Below, one piece after another: positions 31,715 to 43,194 of a stretch of 64,000 nt of DNA. The notes beneath the pieces are model-generated. The model was not told where the DNA came from, did not search any database, and saw only the letters and a program-made list of their open reading frames with translations. Position 1 is the first letter of the stretch. Each line of letters starts with the position of its first letter. Both the position numbers and the translations under genes were made by a program. The stretch comes from an uncultured Methylomirabilota bacterium. GTDB lineage: Bacteria; Methylomirabilota; Methylomirabilia; Methylomirabilales; 2-02-FULL-66-22. The stretch lies in the NCBI GenBank assembly GCA_963845565.1, contig CAWJSJ010000002.1, positions 320,001 through 384,000 of the forward strand, in the 5' to 3' direction.

Positions 31715-32230
31715 ATGAAAGACGCAGCGTGCGAACTTCCAATTCGGCTTGGCGACGTCTTGCAGGTCGGGCTGGTGGTGCGGGATCTCCAGAAATCCAT
31801 GGAGACCTACTGGAGAGTGCTGGGGATCGGCCCGTGGAAGATCTACACCTACGCCCCACCGATGCTCCGCGAGGCCACCGTGCGCGGGAGGCGGGCGGAC
31901 TACTCCATGCGGGTGGCCCATGCCCAGGCGGGTCCCACCCAGCTCGAATTGATCCAGCCGCTGGACGGTCCGAGCATCTACCAGGAACACCTGGCGACCA
32001 AGGGGGAGGGCCTGCACCACATCCAGTCGCGGATCGAGAACCACATCGAGCGAGGTGCTTGCCGCCTTCGCGGCGCGCGGGATCGGCGTCCTCATGGGCG
32101 GGAAGTTCGGCGAGGGGGAGTTCTACTACCTCGACACCGAGCCGACCTGGGCGTCATCTACGAGATCTTCCAGCGGAAGAGCCGCCCCGCGCCCGACGCC
32201 GTGTATCCCCCCGACGCCGTCACGGCGTGA
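31715..32230 (+). CDS. VOC family protein (methylmalonyl-CoA epimerase-like), compensating frameshifts near 32050 and 32150
   Basis: QVGLVVRDL..LGIGPW..QLELIQP..GEGLHHI. Confidence 0.8.
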   Translation: MKDAACELPIRLGDVLQVGLVVRDLQKSMETYWRVLGIGPWKIYTYAPPMLREATVRGRRADYSMRVAHAQAGPTQLELIQPLDGPSIYQEHLATKGEGLHHIQSRIENHIERGACRLRGARDRRPHGREVRRGGVLLPRHRADLGVIYEIFQRKSRPAPDAVYPPDAVTA

Positions 32231-32622
32231 CAGGCGGGACCATCGACCGTCGACCACGGATCATACGCTGTTCCCGTCCATCGTCCATGGTCCATCGCCG
32301 ACCCCGCATCGTGCGATCTGCAATCCGAAATCGGCCCTTTCTCTTCTGCGCCCTCGCGCCCCGGTCCCGGCCGTCCCACACGGTGCTTCTCCCTGCCCCT
32401 GTTCCATAAGGACATGAGACCCACCGACAAGCCGCAGAAGTCGTCGCGACATGCCCGGGCACGTTCTTCAGAATGGATAGGGGCAAAACGCGAAGGGTGC
32501 CTCGCTCTCCTGAAGCGACGGCATGTTTTGGCGGGGAACCACTTCGTCTCGGGTGGTGTCTGTCGGACGTGCGGGGCGACGCGAGAGCAGGCTGTCCATG
32601 GCCCGAACGACGTACGGGCCGA

Positions 32623-33703
32623 TCAGCCCCGCTCGACGGCCGTGATGGCGGCCCGGATCCAGCCCAGCGCGTGCGCCATGCTCGCGTGCCACGGGGCGGC
32701 GCATTCCAGGAGCGGGGTGTGGTCCGGAATGACCACGCCGCCGAAACCGTTCCGATGGAGAACCTGGAGCACCCGCAGCATGTCCGTGTCGCCGTCGTCG
32801 ATGAACGCCTCGTGGTAGTGCGGGACTTTCCCCCGGACGTTCCGGAGGTGCACGTAGGCGATCCGCCCGGCCTGGCTGTATCGGTCCACCGCCTCGTAGA
32901 CATCCGCCCCGACCATCTCCGACACCGTGCCCACGCAGAGCTCGATGGCATTCATCGGGCTCGGCGCCAGCTCATACACCCGCTGGTAGAAATCGGGGTG
33001 ATACACGAGGCGGGCCGCCCCGCGGAGCATCGGAAGCGGCGGGTCGTCCGGGTGGAGTGCCAGCTTCACGCCGGCCTCCTCGGCCACCGGCATCAGTTCT
33101 TGAAGGAAACCGGCGAAACGCCGCCAGATCTCCTCAGCGCTGACGGTCCCGACGGTTTCGGTCGGGTTGTCCGGCTCGAACCGCTCGAGGTCGTAGACCA
33201 TGTTCCACACCATCCCCGCGGGGATGGACGTCTGCTCTGGACTCTCGAAGCCGACCGAGCGCGCGCCGCCCCGGGCGAACGGCCCCTCGGTCCGGCCCCA
33301 CACCCCTGCAATGGAAAAGTTGTACCCCATCGTCCGGATGCCCGCCCGCCCCACATCGCGCACGATCCGCTTGAGGTGCGCCATCTGCTCCGCCCGGCGG
33401 GGTCCGTCCAGCAGTACATCGTACCAGTGGGCCGGCGCGAAGTTCTCCAGCGCCTCCAGCTCCAGCCCCTCGCTGTTGACCAGCGCCTTGAGGTCGCGGA
33501 GCCCCTCGGCAGTCCACATGGGGTCGGCGGCGTCCGAAACCCCGAAGCCGTACGCGGACTGGTCCGAGGTGATGATCTTGGACGCCCTCGCGCACGAAAT
33601 GTCCCGGCAGGTGGGCCACGATGTGCGTGACGCCTGCCTGTCGGGCGAAGCGCAGCGTCTCCGGATTGAGGAGCGCTCGATACAGTCCGAGGCCGAGTTT
33701 CAT
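32623..33703 (-). CDS. uxuA: Mannonate dehydratase family (frameshift near 33590)
   Basis: FARQAGVTHIV, MGYNFS, KLALHPDDPP, HLRNV, EAFIDDGD, IPDHTP. Confidence 0.85.
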
Positions 33704-33837
33704 GGATATCTCCATCAGTGGCGGACAGACAGGCGACACCTGAGGCAACCGTCGCTACGGTGCGTCCGGTATCGATGCGGGTCCAGAGGCGCGGACGCGC
33801 GCTGACGGAAAACCCGAGCGGGGACGGGCGACGCAGT

Positions 33838-34104
33838 CTACGGCGTGCTCTCCTTGCACTTCCGGGCGGCCTCGCGAATCGTCTTGCCGGTGTTGGCGGG
33901 GTCCCCGAACGTCTTCTCCAGGCATTGCTGGAGCGTCCCGGGATCGACCCCCAGCTCCCGCGAGAGGATATTCGTCACCTGAATCTTCTGTTGGAACGGC
34001 GCCTGGATCCACGCACCGCCCCCGTCTCCTTCACTCAGAGCCCACGCCGACGCAGCGGCCAGGACGAGCCCGGCGATTAGCGCAACCATCACCCGCCTTG
34101 CCAT
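33838..34104 (-). CDS. Small secreted protein with two Cys
   Basis: Signal peptide ending ASAWA; GGGGAGG RBS; 88 aa. Confidence 0.6.
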   Translation of the reverse strand: MARRVMVALIAGLVLAAASAWALSEGDGGGAWIQAPFQQKIQVTNILSRELGVDPGTLQQCLEKTFGDPANTGKTIREAARKCKESTP

Positions 34105-34311
34105 TTTTCTCTGCCTCCCCTCCCGACCGAATCGCCGACGACAGGACGCCCTTCAGCTCTCCATGGCCGCACTGCGGTCCTCGACCACAGGCGGGCTGCG
34201 GAATAGCCGAGAGGTATACGGTAATCGGCGCCCAGGAGAAGGTCAAGCGGACGATGGCGGGGGAGGGGTCTCGGCCGCGATATCGCGATCGGGGCCCTCC
34301 CCTGCACATCC

Positions 34312-35343
34312 TCAGTACGCGTTGTCGTGCAGAAAGTCCGCTGGGCGCACCGTACCCCGGAACTTCAGGTAGACCCAACTCTGATACCCGATGACCACGG
34401 GCACCATGATCAACGCCACTCCGAGCATGATCGAGAGGGTCAAGGGACTCGAGGAGGAATTGAACGCCGTCAGGCTGTACGACGGGTTCAGCGTCGACGG
34501 CATCAGGTTCGGAAAAAGACCGACCACCCCAAAGAGCGTGGCCGCCACGATCGCAAGGGCCGAGCCGCCCCAGGCGGTCCACCAGGCCGTGCGGGCCATC
34601 GCGGCGCGGGTCAGGATGAGGCCGATCACGGCCAAGAGCGGGATCGCGAAGAGGGCCGGATGGGCCAGATAGTTGTCGTAGAGCTTGGTCGAGAACCACG
34701 AGGCCACAAGGAACGCCGCCGCCGCCACGAACAGGGCCGGCCAGAGCCGGCGGGCCATGGCTGCCGCGCGGTCGTAGATGGCGCCCTCGGATCGCGTGGC
34801 GAGCCACAGGGCGCCGTGCACCGTGAAGAAGAGGACGAAGAGCGTGCCCCCCAGAAGTCCGTACGGGTTCAGCAGGTGGAAGAAACCGAATCCTCCCGCG
34901 AAGAGTCCCTGCTGATCGAGGGGCAATCCCCGGAAGATGTTGGCGAACGCGACGCCCAGCAGCAATGCCGGCAGGAAGCTGCCCACCGTCATGCAAACAT
35001 CCCACGTCGCCCGCCAAGCCGGCGCATCCTCCTTGCCCCGGAACTCGAACGCGATCCCGCGCAGGATCAGCGCAAACAGCAGGAGCATCAGCGGCGTGTA
35101 GAGCGTGCTGAACATAACGGCGTAGGTTTTTGGAAATGCCGCAAAAGTCACGCCGCCCGCCGAGATGAGCCACACCTGGTTCCCATCCCAGAACGGGCCC
35201 ATGGCGTTGTAGACGACGCGCTTCTCGTCGTCGGTCTTGGCGAGGAACGGCAGCAGGCTGCCCAGCCCCAGGTCGAAGCCGTCGAGCATGAAGTAGACGG
35301 CCCAGAGCACGCCCCAGAGAATGAACCAGATCGTCTCAAGCAT
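34312..35343 (-). CDS. cydB: Cytochrome bd ubiquinol oxidase subunit II
   Basis: LDGFDLG, GPFWDGNQVWL, LRGIAFEFR. Confidence 0.95.
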   Translation of the reverse strand: MLETIWFILWGVLWAVYFMLDGFDLGLGSLLPFLAKTDDEKRVVYNAMGPFWDGNQVWLISAGGVTFAAFPKTYAVMFSTLYTPLMLLLFALILRGIAFEFRGKEDAPAWRATWDVCMTVGSFLPALLLGVAFANIFRGLPLDQQGLFAGGFGFFHLLNPYGLLGGTLFVLFFTVHGALWLATRSEGAIYDRAAAMARRLWPALFVAAAAFLVASWFSTKLYDNYLAHPALFAIPLLAVIGLILTRAAMARTAWWTAWGGSALAIVAATLFGVVGLFPNLMPSTLNPSYSLTAFNSSSSPLTLSIMLGVALIMVPVVIGYQSWVYLKFRGTVRPADFLHDNAY

Positions 35344-35359
35344 GTCTCCGCCCTCCGGC

Positions 35360-36673
35360 TCAACGGCCAGCGGGCTCGGGCCCGCGGCGCGCGTACTTGA
35401 AGAGAAGGTAGAAGTCGACGAAGCCCAACAGCCCGTACACCAGGACGAACCCGACCAGCGTCGTGGCAACCTGGACGTTGTCGATGGCGAGCGAGACGGC
35501 GTCCTTGGTGCGCATCAGGCCGTACACGATCCATGGCTGCCGTCCGATCTCGGCCAGCGTCCAGCCGAGCTCGTTCGCAATATAGGGAAGGGGGATCGAC
35601 CAGACGAGGGCGGTGAGAAGCCATGGCCTGCGAAGCGGATCGTGACGCCACCAAAAGGCCAGGAAAGAGAGCCCGATGAACAGCATCCCCAGCCCCACCA
35701 TGATTCGGAACGAGAGGAACGACGCCAGCACCGGCGGTCGGTCCTCGGGCGGGAAGTCCTTGAGGCCCTTGACGGTCGCGTTCATGTCGTAGTGGGCGAG
35801 AAAGCTCAGCATCCCGGGGACGGGCAACGCCTCGATGCTGTTTCGCGCATTCGCCTCGTCCGGCCACGCGATCAGGTGGATGGGCGCGCGCGCTACCGTC
35901 TCCCACTGGGCTTCCATGGCCGCCAGCTTGGTGGGCTGCATCTCGCCCAGGATCTCCGCGTTCATGTGCCCTTGCGCCAACTCGAACAGGGAGAAGATCA
36001 GGCTGAACGTCGCCGCCAGCCTGAGCGACTTGGTGAAGAATGCGACCTCCTGCTTGCGCAGGAGATGCCACGCGGAGACCCCCATCACGAAGAAGCCTGC
36101 CAGGATATAGGCGCCGCCCAGGGTGTGAACGAACTCGAGGATCGCGAACCGCTGCGTGATCACGGCGAAGAAGTCCGTCAATTCCGCCCGCCCGTTTCGG
36201 ATGGCGTATCCGACCGGGTGCTGCATCCACGCGTTGGCCACCAGGATCCAGAAGGCGGACAGGTTGGAGGCGATTGCCACCAGCCAGATGGCGGCGCAGT
36301 GCATCTTCGGGCTGAGCCGCTTCCACCCGAAGAACCAGACGGCGATAAACGTGGATTCCAGGAAGAATGCCACTGTGGCCTCGACGGCCAAAAGCGAGCC
36401 AAAGATGTCTCCAACGTATTCCGAGTAGCGGCTCCAGTTCGTGCCAAACTGGAATTCCAAGGTGATCCCGGTGACGACGCCGATGGCGAAGTTGATCAGG
36501 AAGAGCTTCCCCCAGAACTTGGCCATGCGCTTGTAGTCCTCGTCTCCGCTCCTCACATACTTGGTCTCCATGATCGCGACCAGGACCGACAGGCCGAGCG
36601 TCAGCGGAACAAAGAGGAAGTGGAAATACGTGGCTACGGCGAATTGGATCCGGGACAGGGTGAGTACATCCAT
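35360..36673 (-). CDS. cydA: Cytochrome bd ubiquinol oxidase subunit I (short Q-loop)
   Basis: LSRIQFA..HFLFVPLT, EFQFGTNW, AFFLESTF, QPTKLAAME, EIGRQPW. Confidence 0.95.
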   Translation of the reverse strand: MDVLTLSRIQFAVATYFHFLFVPLTLGLSVLVAIMETKYVRSGDEDYKRMAKFWGKLFLINFAIGVVTGITLEFQFGTNWSRYSEYVGDIFGSLLAVEATVAFFLESTFIAVWFFGWKRLSPKMHCAAIWLVAIASNLSAFWILVANAWMQHPVGYAIRNGRAELTDFFAVITQRFAILEFVHTLGGAYILAGFFVMGVSAWHLLRKQEVAFFTKSLRLAATFSLIFSLFELAQGHMNAEILGEMQPTKLAAMEAQWETVARAPIHLIAWPDEANARNSIEALPVPGMLSFLAHYDMNATVKGLKDFPPEDRPPVLASFLSFRIMVGLGMLFIGLSFLAFWWRHDPLRRPWLLTALVWSIPLPYIANELGWTLAEIGRQPWIVYGLMRTKDAVSLAIDNVQVATTLVGFVLVYGLLGFVDFYLLFKYARRGPEPAGR

Positions 36674-36991
36674 GCGGGCCTCCTCGCTTGGGCAGACAAG
36701 TCGCCGATCATCGTCATCCGGGTGATCCGCCCAATTCACCCAGGATGCTTGCCTGCGGAACAACCGGAAAACGCAACAGAATCGAACCTGCTAATTCGAA
36801 AGCACAATTTTCTAACCAGTGTAATGCGCTCAGGTTGGTCCTATATATGAAACCAGAACGCTCCTCGTCAACCCATCAGCCCAATTGGATAGCCCTACCG
36901 GACAATTGGGCGGATCTCACCGGAGAATCGATATGTCGGGGAAGGCGAACGGACCTGAGCCGTCTATTTGGAGAAGAGGGAGCAACGCGAA

Positions 36992-38178
36992 CTACAGGAG
37001 GTCTCTCAGGTGAGCCAAGGCTTCGTCGCGTCGTGCCAGCCGGGTCACCTTGCCCTGAAAAACGTGTCCGGAACCGCCGCCGCGGCCCTCGAGCAGTTCG
37101 GCCACCCTGCGACCGACCGTAGGGAGATCGATCTGGGCTCGCTCTCCGGCCGCGAGCAGAAATGCCCCCTGCTCGCCTTCTCCCACCGTGAGGAGGATCA
37201 TGCGATCCGGAGCGAGGCGGACGAACTCCCTGGCGACGCGTTGCAGAAACGGCAAGTCGCGGGTTGCCCAATGGGCGGCGGCGACCGTCTCCCGCCCGGC
37301 GGCGAGTGCCCGACCGGCGGCGGTCGCCAACTCTTCCTCAAGAACCTTCACCGTCCGCTGGGCGTCCTTGAGTTGATCCAACCTGGCTTGGACCCCCTGC
37401 ACTAGCTCCTCGTCAGCCGTTCCCAAGAGCTGCCGGAGCTTCGCCGCCCGCTCGTGTTGGATGCCGAGCAGCCTCCGCAGGCGCCCACCCGCGACGTAGA
37501 AGAGGCGCGTCCCGCCGCGCATGCCCTCGATGGCGAGCAGCTTCAGCGCCTCGACCTCGGCGGTGGACCGGACGTGCGTCCCGCCGCAGGTGTTGAGATC
37601 GAGTCCCGCGATCTCCACCAGCCGGATGTCCCCGGCGTGTCCCTCCGGAAGGCCGCGCGTCCGGACCGGGAGCGCTGCATACTCCTCCGCAGTGACGCGC
37701 CGCGCCGTCACGGGCCGGCAGGCGCGCACCTCGGCGGCGATCGCCTCTTCCAGTTCGGCGAGTTGCGCCGGGGCGATCTGTGCCGTGTCCAGCTCGATGT
37801 CAGCCAACCTGATCGCCCAGATGGAAGGCCGTCGTGTGCCACCCGAATCGCTGCTCGGCCACCGCGGTCAGCAGGTGCTGGCCTGTGTGTTGCTGCATGT
37901 GATCGAACCGGCGCGCCCAGTCCAGCTCGACTCGGACCCGGCCGGTCGGCGGGGGGCCCGCCAGGTAGTGGCGGACCTGCCCGCTCCACGGTCCGGACGT
38001 CCTCGACTCGCACTCCTCCGATCCCCCCGCGATCCGCCGGCTGTCCGCCCCCTTCCGGATACAGGATCGTGTCGGCCAGGACGACGAACGCGTGGCCGCG
38101 CTCGACGCCGGCGACGACGACCTCGGTCTCGAACGACTGCAGATACGGCTCACGCTCGTATGCGAGAATCAAGGTCAT
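36992..38178 (-). CDS. Alanyl-tRNA editing protein (AlaX-like) with C-terminal DHHA1 domain; two apparent frameshifts
   Basis: YPEGGGQPADRG, MQQHTGQHLL, CGGTHV, GRGGG. Confidence 0.85.
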
Positions 38179-39164
38179 GGGGTCCTCGGCGTCTCGGCGC
38201 CCGACGCCTCGGGTCGTTCCCGGACGATCAGCGCTCGCACCGCCCCCACGATGCCCTGGGGCATCCAGACGATGAACGCCATCAGGGCCAGGCCGTAGAT
38301 CACCAGGCGGAGCGCCCCGGCCATGCGCAAGAGCTCAGGCAGGATCGTCAAGATCGCGGCGCCGACAATGGGCCCAGCGAGTGTCGTCATCCCGCCGAAG
38401 ATGACCATGACCAGGATGTTGATAGACTCGCCGATGGTGAAGGTCACCGGGCTGATAAAGAGAATATAGTGGGCGTAGAAGGCGCCGGCAATCCCGGCCA
38501 AGCCGCCGCCCAGGGTAAAGGCAAAGACCTTGTACCGCATGGTGTCGATCCCGACGGACTGCGCCAGCTCTTCGTTTTCCCGGATGGCGATGAGCGCCCG
38601 CCCGAGCCGCGAGCCCACGATTCGGTACACGAGAAACGCCACGCCCAGAACGAAGACCAGGACCAGGTAGTAATAGGCCACCCGGGACTCGAAGGCCGCC
38701 AGGGGTCCCAGAAATGCCGGCAGGCTGGGACGCGGGATCCCGGGAATCCCCATCGGCCCCTTGGTCAAGGGCACCCAGTTGTTCAGCACCACGGTCACCA
38801 GGACGCCGAAGAACGCGGTGGTGATGGCCAGGAAGTGTCCCGTCAGGCGCAGGACCAGCCTTCCCAGCGCATAGGAGAGGACGCCGGCCGTGAGGCCACC
38901 CACCCACATCGCGAACCAGAAGGAGAGTCCGAAATTGAGGCTGACCAAGGCCGAGGCGTACGCTCCGACGCCGTAGAACGCCGCGTGGCAGAGGGACACC
39001 TGGCCTGTGAATCCGATGATCACGCCGAGGGAGATGGCCAGCATGGCGTGGATCCCGGCCATGACGAAGATGTGGAGGTAGTAGTCCAACGAGAAGAGGG
39101 CAGGCAGGCACAGCAGCGCCGTCGCCACGCCGAGCCCCACGATCCAGCGGCCACCCCGACTCAT
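38175..39164 (-). CDS. livM: Branched-chain amino acid-type ABC permease
   Basis: GQVSLCHAAFYGVGAY, GRALIAIRENE, GPIVGA. Confidence 0.9.
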   Translation of the reverse strand: MSRGGRWIVGLGVATALLCLPALFSLDYYLHIFVMAGIHAMLAISLGVIIGFTGQVSLCHAAFYGVGAYASALVSLNFGLSFWFAMWVGGLTAGVLSYALGRLVLRLTGHFLAITTAFFGVLVTVVLNNWVPLTKGPMGIPGIPRPSLPAFLGPLAAFESRVAYYYLVLVFVLGVAFLVYRIVGSRLGRALIAIRENEELAQSVGIDTMRYKVFAFTLGGGLAGIAGAFYAHYILFISPVTFTIGESINILVMVIFGGMTTLAGPIVGAAILTILPELLRMAGALRLVIYGLALMAFIVWMPQGIVGAVRALIVRERPEASGAETPRTP

Positions 39165-40030
39165 GCCTTACGTCCTCCCATCAGACCTTCGGGCCGGAGC
39201 AGGAAAGCCAGGACCAGGAGCAGGAACGGGTAGGCGTCCTTGTAGGCGTAGGAGACGAAGCCGCCGCCCAGACTCTCCACGAGGCCGATGAAGAGGCTCG
39301 CGAAGACGATCCCCCCGATGTTACCCATACCGCCCAGGATCACCACGATGAAGGCCTTCAGGACGACCGTCCACCCCATGTCGGGCGACACTAGGAAAAT
39401 GGCGCCCACCATGGATCCGGCGGCCGAGGCCAGCATGCTGCCGATGGCGAACGTGACGGCGTAGATCCGGAACACCGGGATCCCGGCCATCTGCGCGGCG
39501 ATCCGGTCCTGCGCCACCGCCCGCATCGCCTTGCCGGTCTTGGTGTGCTGGATGAAGTAGGCGAGAAAACCGGCCAGCGCCGCGCCCGCCACCAGCGCCA
39601 GCAGCCGCTCGAGTGTCACGTGAAGCCCCAGGAAGCGCAGGTGCACCTGGGCAAACTCCGATTCGATCTTGCGGGGGTCCGCCGTGAACAGCAGCAGGGC
39701 CAGGTTGGTCAGAAAGGTGGACAGGCCGAAGGAGAGCAGCATCCCGTTGATCAGCGGCTTGCCCACGATGGGGCGGAACACCACCCGCTCCACCAAGACG
39801 CCGAAGGCAGCCATGAGTAGCATGGCGAGCACCACGGCCGGCAGGAACGGCACCCCCAAGCCCGTCATGACGAAGAGGGTGGCAAAGGCCCCCAGCATGT
39901 AAAACTCGCCGTGGGCGAAGTTGGTGACCTCCAGGATGCCAAAGATCAGGAAAAGCCCGAGCGCCACCAGCATGTACAGGCTGCCCAGGATGATCCCGTT
40001 CAGGGCCTGCTGAAAGAAGACCGTAATCAC
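39161..40030 (-). CDS. livH: Branched-chain amino acid-type ABC permease
   Basis: NFAHGEFYMLGA, GKAMRAVAQD, VILGGMG. Confidence 0.9.
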   Translation of the reverse strand: MITVFFQQALNGIILGSLYMLVALGLFLIFGILEVTNFAHGEFYMLGAFATLFVMTGLGVPFLPAVVLAMLLMAAFGVLVERVVFRPIVGKPLINGMLLSFGLSTFLTNLALLLFTADPRKIESEFAQVHLRFLGLHVTLERLLALVAGAALAGFLAYFIQHTKTGKAMRAVAQDRIAAQMAGIPVFRIYAVTFAIGSMLASAAGSMVGAIFLVSPDMGWTVVLKAFIVVILGGMGNIGGIVFASLFIGLVESLGGGFVSYAYKDAYPFLLLVLAFLLRPEGLMGGRKA

Positions 40031-40070
40031 AACCTGCGACTCCGCAATCCCACCTGTGTTGAGTTCCCAT

Positions 40071-40110
40071 CGTCCGACAGGTTCCGACGTCAGCCAGAAC
40101 CTGTCGGACG
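40071..40110. other. 14-bp perfect stem-loop between binding-protein and permease genes
   Basis: CGTCCGACAGGTTC-N12-GAACCTGTCGGACG. Confidence 0.6.
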
Positions 40111-40123
40111 TCTCGCATGTTTC

Positions 40124-40300
40124 GCAGGGTGCTGAGAGATCTACTCTCTCTCAGGCTGCTCAAAAAAGGTCCAGATGCAAGGCGGTTCGCCGGAGGCCGG
40201 GGTACCCAGCGCAGCTGGGTCCAGGCGTACTGAAGGTACGTCGCAGCGAGTGCCGAGGCGGACCAACGCCGCAGATGGGCCTTTTTCAGCAGCCTGCTAG
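40124..40300. mobile_element. MITE-like repeat, copy 2
   Basis: CAGGCTGCTCAAAAAAGGTCCAGATGCAAGGCGG...CCAACGCCGCAGATGGGCCTTTTTCAGCAGCCTGCTAG, colinear with copy 1. Confidence 0.75.
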
Positions 40301-41472
40301 TCGACGGCCTTGACGGGGCCGGCTTCCACCACGAACTTCCCGTCTTTGACGCTGATGATGTACTCGTCGATGATCAGCTGGTTCGTCTTGTCGAAGAATG
40401 CCTTCCCCTGCGGCCCGGCGTACTGGGTCTGGGTCAGGGCGTCCCGGACGGCAGCCGGCTGCGTGGACTTGGCGCGGGAAATGGCCTGGGCGATCATATG
40501 GACGGCGTCGTAGCCCGCCTGGGCATACTTCTCCGGCACGCGCCCGTAGCGCGCCTTGAAGGCGGCGACGAACTTTTTGGCCGCGGGCGTCTCGATCGTG
40601 TCCACGAAGCGGCTGGCGCCGATCATGCCCTCGGCCCGCCCCTTGGTCAGCTCGATGAACTTGGAATTGAAGGTGCCGCTGGTCGGATCCATGAGGATCA
40701 TCTTCTTGTTGAGGGCCAGCTCGAAGAATTGGTTCACCACCCGCGACAGGTCCATGGTCTCGCCCAGCAGGCACAGGCCCTGCGTGTCCGTCGCCTGCAA
40801 TTTGGTCAAGATGGCGTAGTAGTCCGTCTCTCCCTGGTTGAAGTACTCCACCAGGCCGACGTCGCCGCCCAGCTCCTTGAGCTTCTTGGAGAAGGCGTCC
40901 ACCGAGCCGCGGCCGTAGTCCGTGTTCACGGCGATGAAGGCCCACTTTCGGACCTTCTTGTCCTTCACCGCGTACTTCGTGAAGGCGTTGGCGATCATCT
41001 CGGAGTTATCACACGCGCGGAAGACCCACTCGTTTCCCGACTGGGTGATCTTCGGGGCAAGAGAGATTGGCGTGACCAGGGGCACTCGCTCGCGCTTCGC
41101 GACTTCCATCGAGGCGAGAGTGCACGAGCTGGCAAAATCCCCGACCACGGCCGAGACCTTGTGGACTCCGACCAGCTTGGTCATGGCCGCCACCGACGTG
41201 GCGGGCAGTCCCGCGCTGTCCTCGACCACCAGGTCGATCTTCATCTTCCCGTCGATTCCGCCGCCCGCGTTGATCTCTTCGGCGGCGAGCTTGATCCCGT
41301 CGATGGTGAGGCCGCCGTCATAGGCCAAGGTCCCGCTCACGGGCATGAGCACGCCCAGCTTGACGGCCTCGCCCGCCAGCGCAGGGTCGGAGCCGACACC
41401 CAAGCCGACGGCCGTCGCCGCAACGAGCACGCCGGCCAGCACCCACCCGAACGTCCCCTTCCGATTTCGCAT
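40297..41472 (-). CDS. LivK-like ABC substrate-binding protein
   Basis: KLGVLMPVSG, AAEEINAGGGI, DYGRG, AQAGYDAV. Confidence 0.9.
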   Translation of the reverse strand: MRNRKGTFGWVLAGVLVAATAVGLGVGSDPALAGEAVKLGVLMPVSGTLAYDGGLTIDGIKLAAEEINAGGGIDGKMKIDLVVEDSAGLPATSVAAMTKLVGVHKVSAVVGDFASSCTLASMEVAKRERVPLVTPISLAPKITQSGNEWVFRACDNSEMIANAFTKYAVKDKKVRKWAFIAVNTDYGRGSVDAFSKKLKELGGDVGLVEYFNQGETDYYAILTKLQATDTQGLCLLGETMDLSRVVNQFFELALNKKMILMDPTSGTFNSKFIELTKGRAEGMIGASRFVDTIETPAAKKFVAAFKARYGRVPEKYAQAGYDAVHMIAQAISRAKSTQPAAVRDALTQTQYAGPQGKAFFDKTNQLIIDEYIISVKDGKFVVEAGPVKAVD

Positions 41473-41505
41473 GATGACCCTCCTTCCTCCAGTTTCTGGA
41501 ACCGC

Positions 41506-42210
41506 TCAGATCCCCAGGTACGATTTCCGGACAGTGTCGTTACGGAGCAGGTCCCGCGCCGGTCCCGCCAGGGACACCCGCCCGACCTCAAGGACGTACC
41601 CGTAGTCCGCCATGTTCAATGCCATGAAGGCGTTCTGCTCCACGACCACGACGGTGGTCCCGGCGGCACGAATGCTCTTGATGATCTCGGACAGCCGCTC
41701 CACCACGATGGGGGCAAGCCCGAGGGACGGCTCGTCCAGCAGGAGGAGCTTCGGGCGGGCCATCAAGGCGCGCCCGATGGCGAGCATCTGCTGCTCCCCG
41801 CCGCTGAGGCTGCCGGCCTTCTGGGCCTGCCGCTCCGCCAGGATTGGGAAGTGAGTAAACGCCGCCTGGATGCGCCGACGGAGTTCTGTCGAGTCGGAGA
41901 CGGTATAGCCGCCCATCTCCAGGTTCTCCATGACGGTCATGTGCGGCCAGACCCGACGCCCCTCGGGGCAGGGGGCGATGCCCCGCTTCACGATCTCCCA
42001 CGAGGGAAGGCCGTCGATTCGCGTCCCCTCAAAGGTGATCTCGCCGGCCGTCGGCTTGAGGACGCCGGCGATGGAAAGCAGTAAGGTGGTCTTGCCTGCC
42101 CCGTTCGCCCCGATCAGGGTCACGATGCTGCCCGCCGGGACCTCGATGGAGACGCCGTGAAGCGCCTTGAGGCGACCGTAGGAAGTCTCCAGGCCTGTGA
42201 CCTTAAGCAT
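41506..42210 (-). CDS. livF: ABC ATPase
   Basis: GANGAGKTT, LSGGEQQMLAIGRALM, LLDEPSLGLAP. Confidence 0.92.
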   Translation of the reverse strand: MLKVTGLETSYGRLKALHGVSIEVPAGSIVTLIGANGAGKTTLLLSIAGVLKPTAGEITFEGTRIDGLPSWEIVKRGIAPCPEGRRVWPHMTVMENLEMGGYTVSDSTELRRRIQAAFTHFPILAERQAQKAGSLSGGEQQMLAIGRALMARPKLLLLDEPSLGLAPIVVERLSEIIKSIRAAGTTVVVVEQNAFMALNMADYGYVLEVGRVSLAGPARDLLRNDTVRKSYLGI

Positions 42211-42992
42211 GCGCACGGCGCTCCCTCGGCGAACCCGCGCCCGAGGTAGGCTTCGATGACCGTCCGGTCCCTGGACACGGCGTCGGGTGGCCCGTCGGCG
42301 ATCTTCTTTCCGTGGTTAAGCACGACCACGCGGTCGGAGATCCCCACCACAAGCCGCATATTGTGCTCGATCAGCAAGACCGTGATCCGCTTCTCGTCGC
42401 GGATCCGGCGGATCAACGCCATCAGTTCATTCGTCTCGGTGGGGTTGAGGCCGGATGCGGGCTCGTCGAGGAGCAGCAGCCGGGGCGACGCCGCCAGCGC
42501 CACCGCCACCTCCAGGATCCGTTGCTTGCCGTATGGAAGGTTCTTGCCGAGCTGGTGAGCCCAGGGCGTGAGGCCGGTGAAGGCCAGGATGTCGGCCGTC
42601 CGGCGGTCCACGTCCACCTGCTCGGCCTGGGCACGCCGGGTGTGGAGCAGGATGCTGGCGATGCCCGCGTTTCGTGTCAGGTGGAATCCCGTGGCGATCC
42701 CGTCGCGGACGGGAATCTCGGAGAAGATATTGGTCTTCTGAAAGGTCCGGACCAACCCCATGGCCGCGATCCGGTAGGGAGGAAGCCCGGCGATCTCCCG
42801 GCCCTGGTACCGGGCGGCCCCCGCGCTGGGTCTGAGAAAGCCGCTCACGAGGTTGAAAAACGTCGTCTTCCCCGCGCCGTTCGGCCCGATGAGGCTGAGG
42901 ATCTCCCCCTCGTCAACAAAGACATCCACCTGGTCTACGGCCTTGAGCCCGCCGAAGTGGATGGAGAGTGCTTGGGTTTCCAAGAGCCGCAC
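42203..42992 (-). CDS. livG: ABC ATPase (probable homopolymer indel near the 3' end)
   Basis: FGGLKAV, GPNGAGKTT, LPYGKQR, LDEPASGLN, EAYLG. Confidence 0.9.
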
Positions 42993-43194
42993 GATTCGCC
43001 TCCCGGCCCGAGACAACCGCCCGCCGATCACGGATCGCGGGTCCCGACACGCAGGGTGGAAACACCGCGCCTCCGTACTTTTCAAGAACGGTCCGGGCCA
43101 GGTATAGTCAAAGCGATTCTCGGAGTCAAGGCGCCCGGTCGTCGTGTCTAGCGGGCATGACAACGTCGCACGCATCACAGTGGGAGGTCCGGCC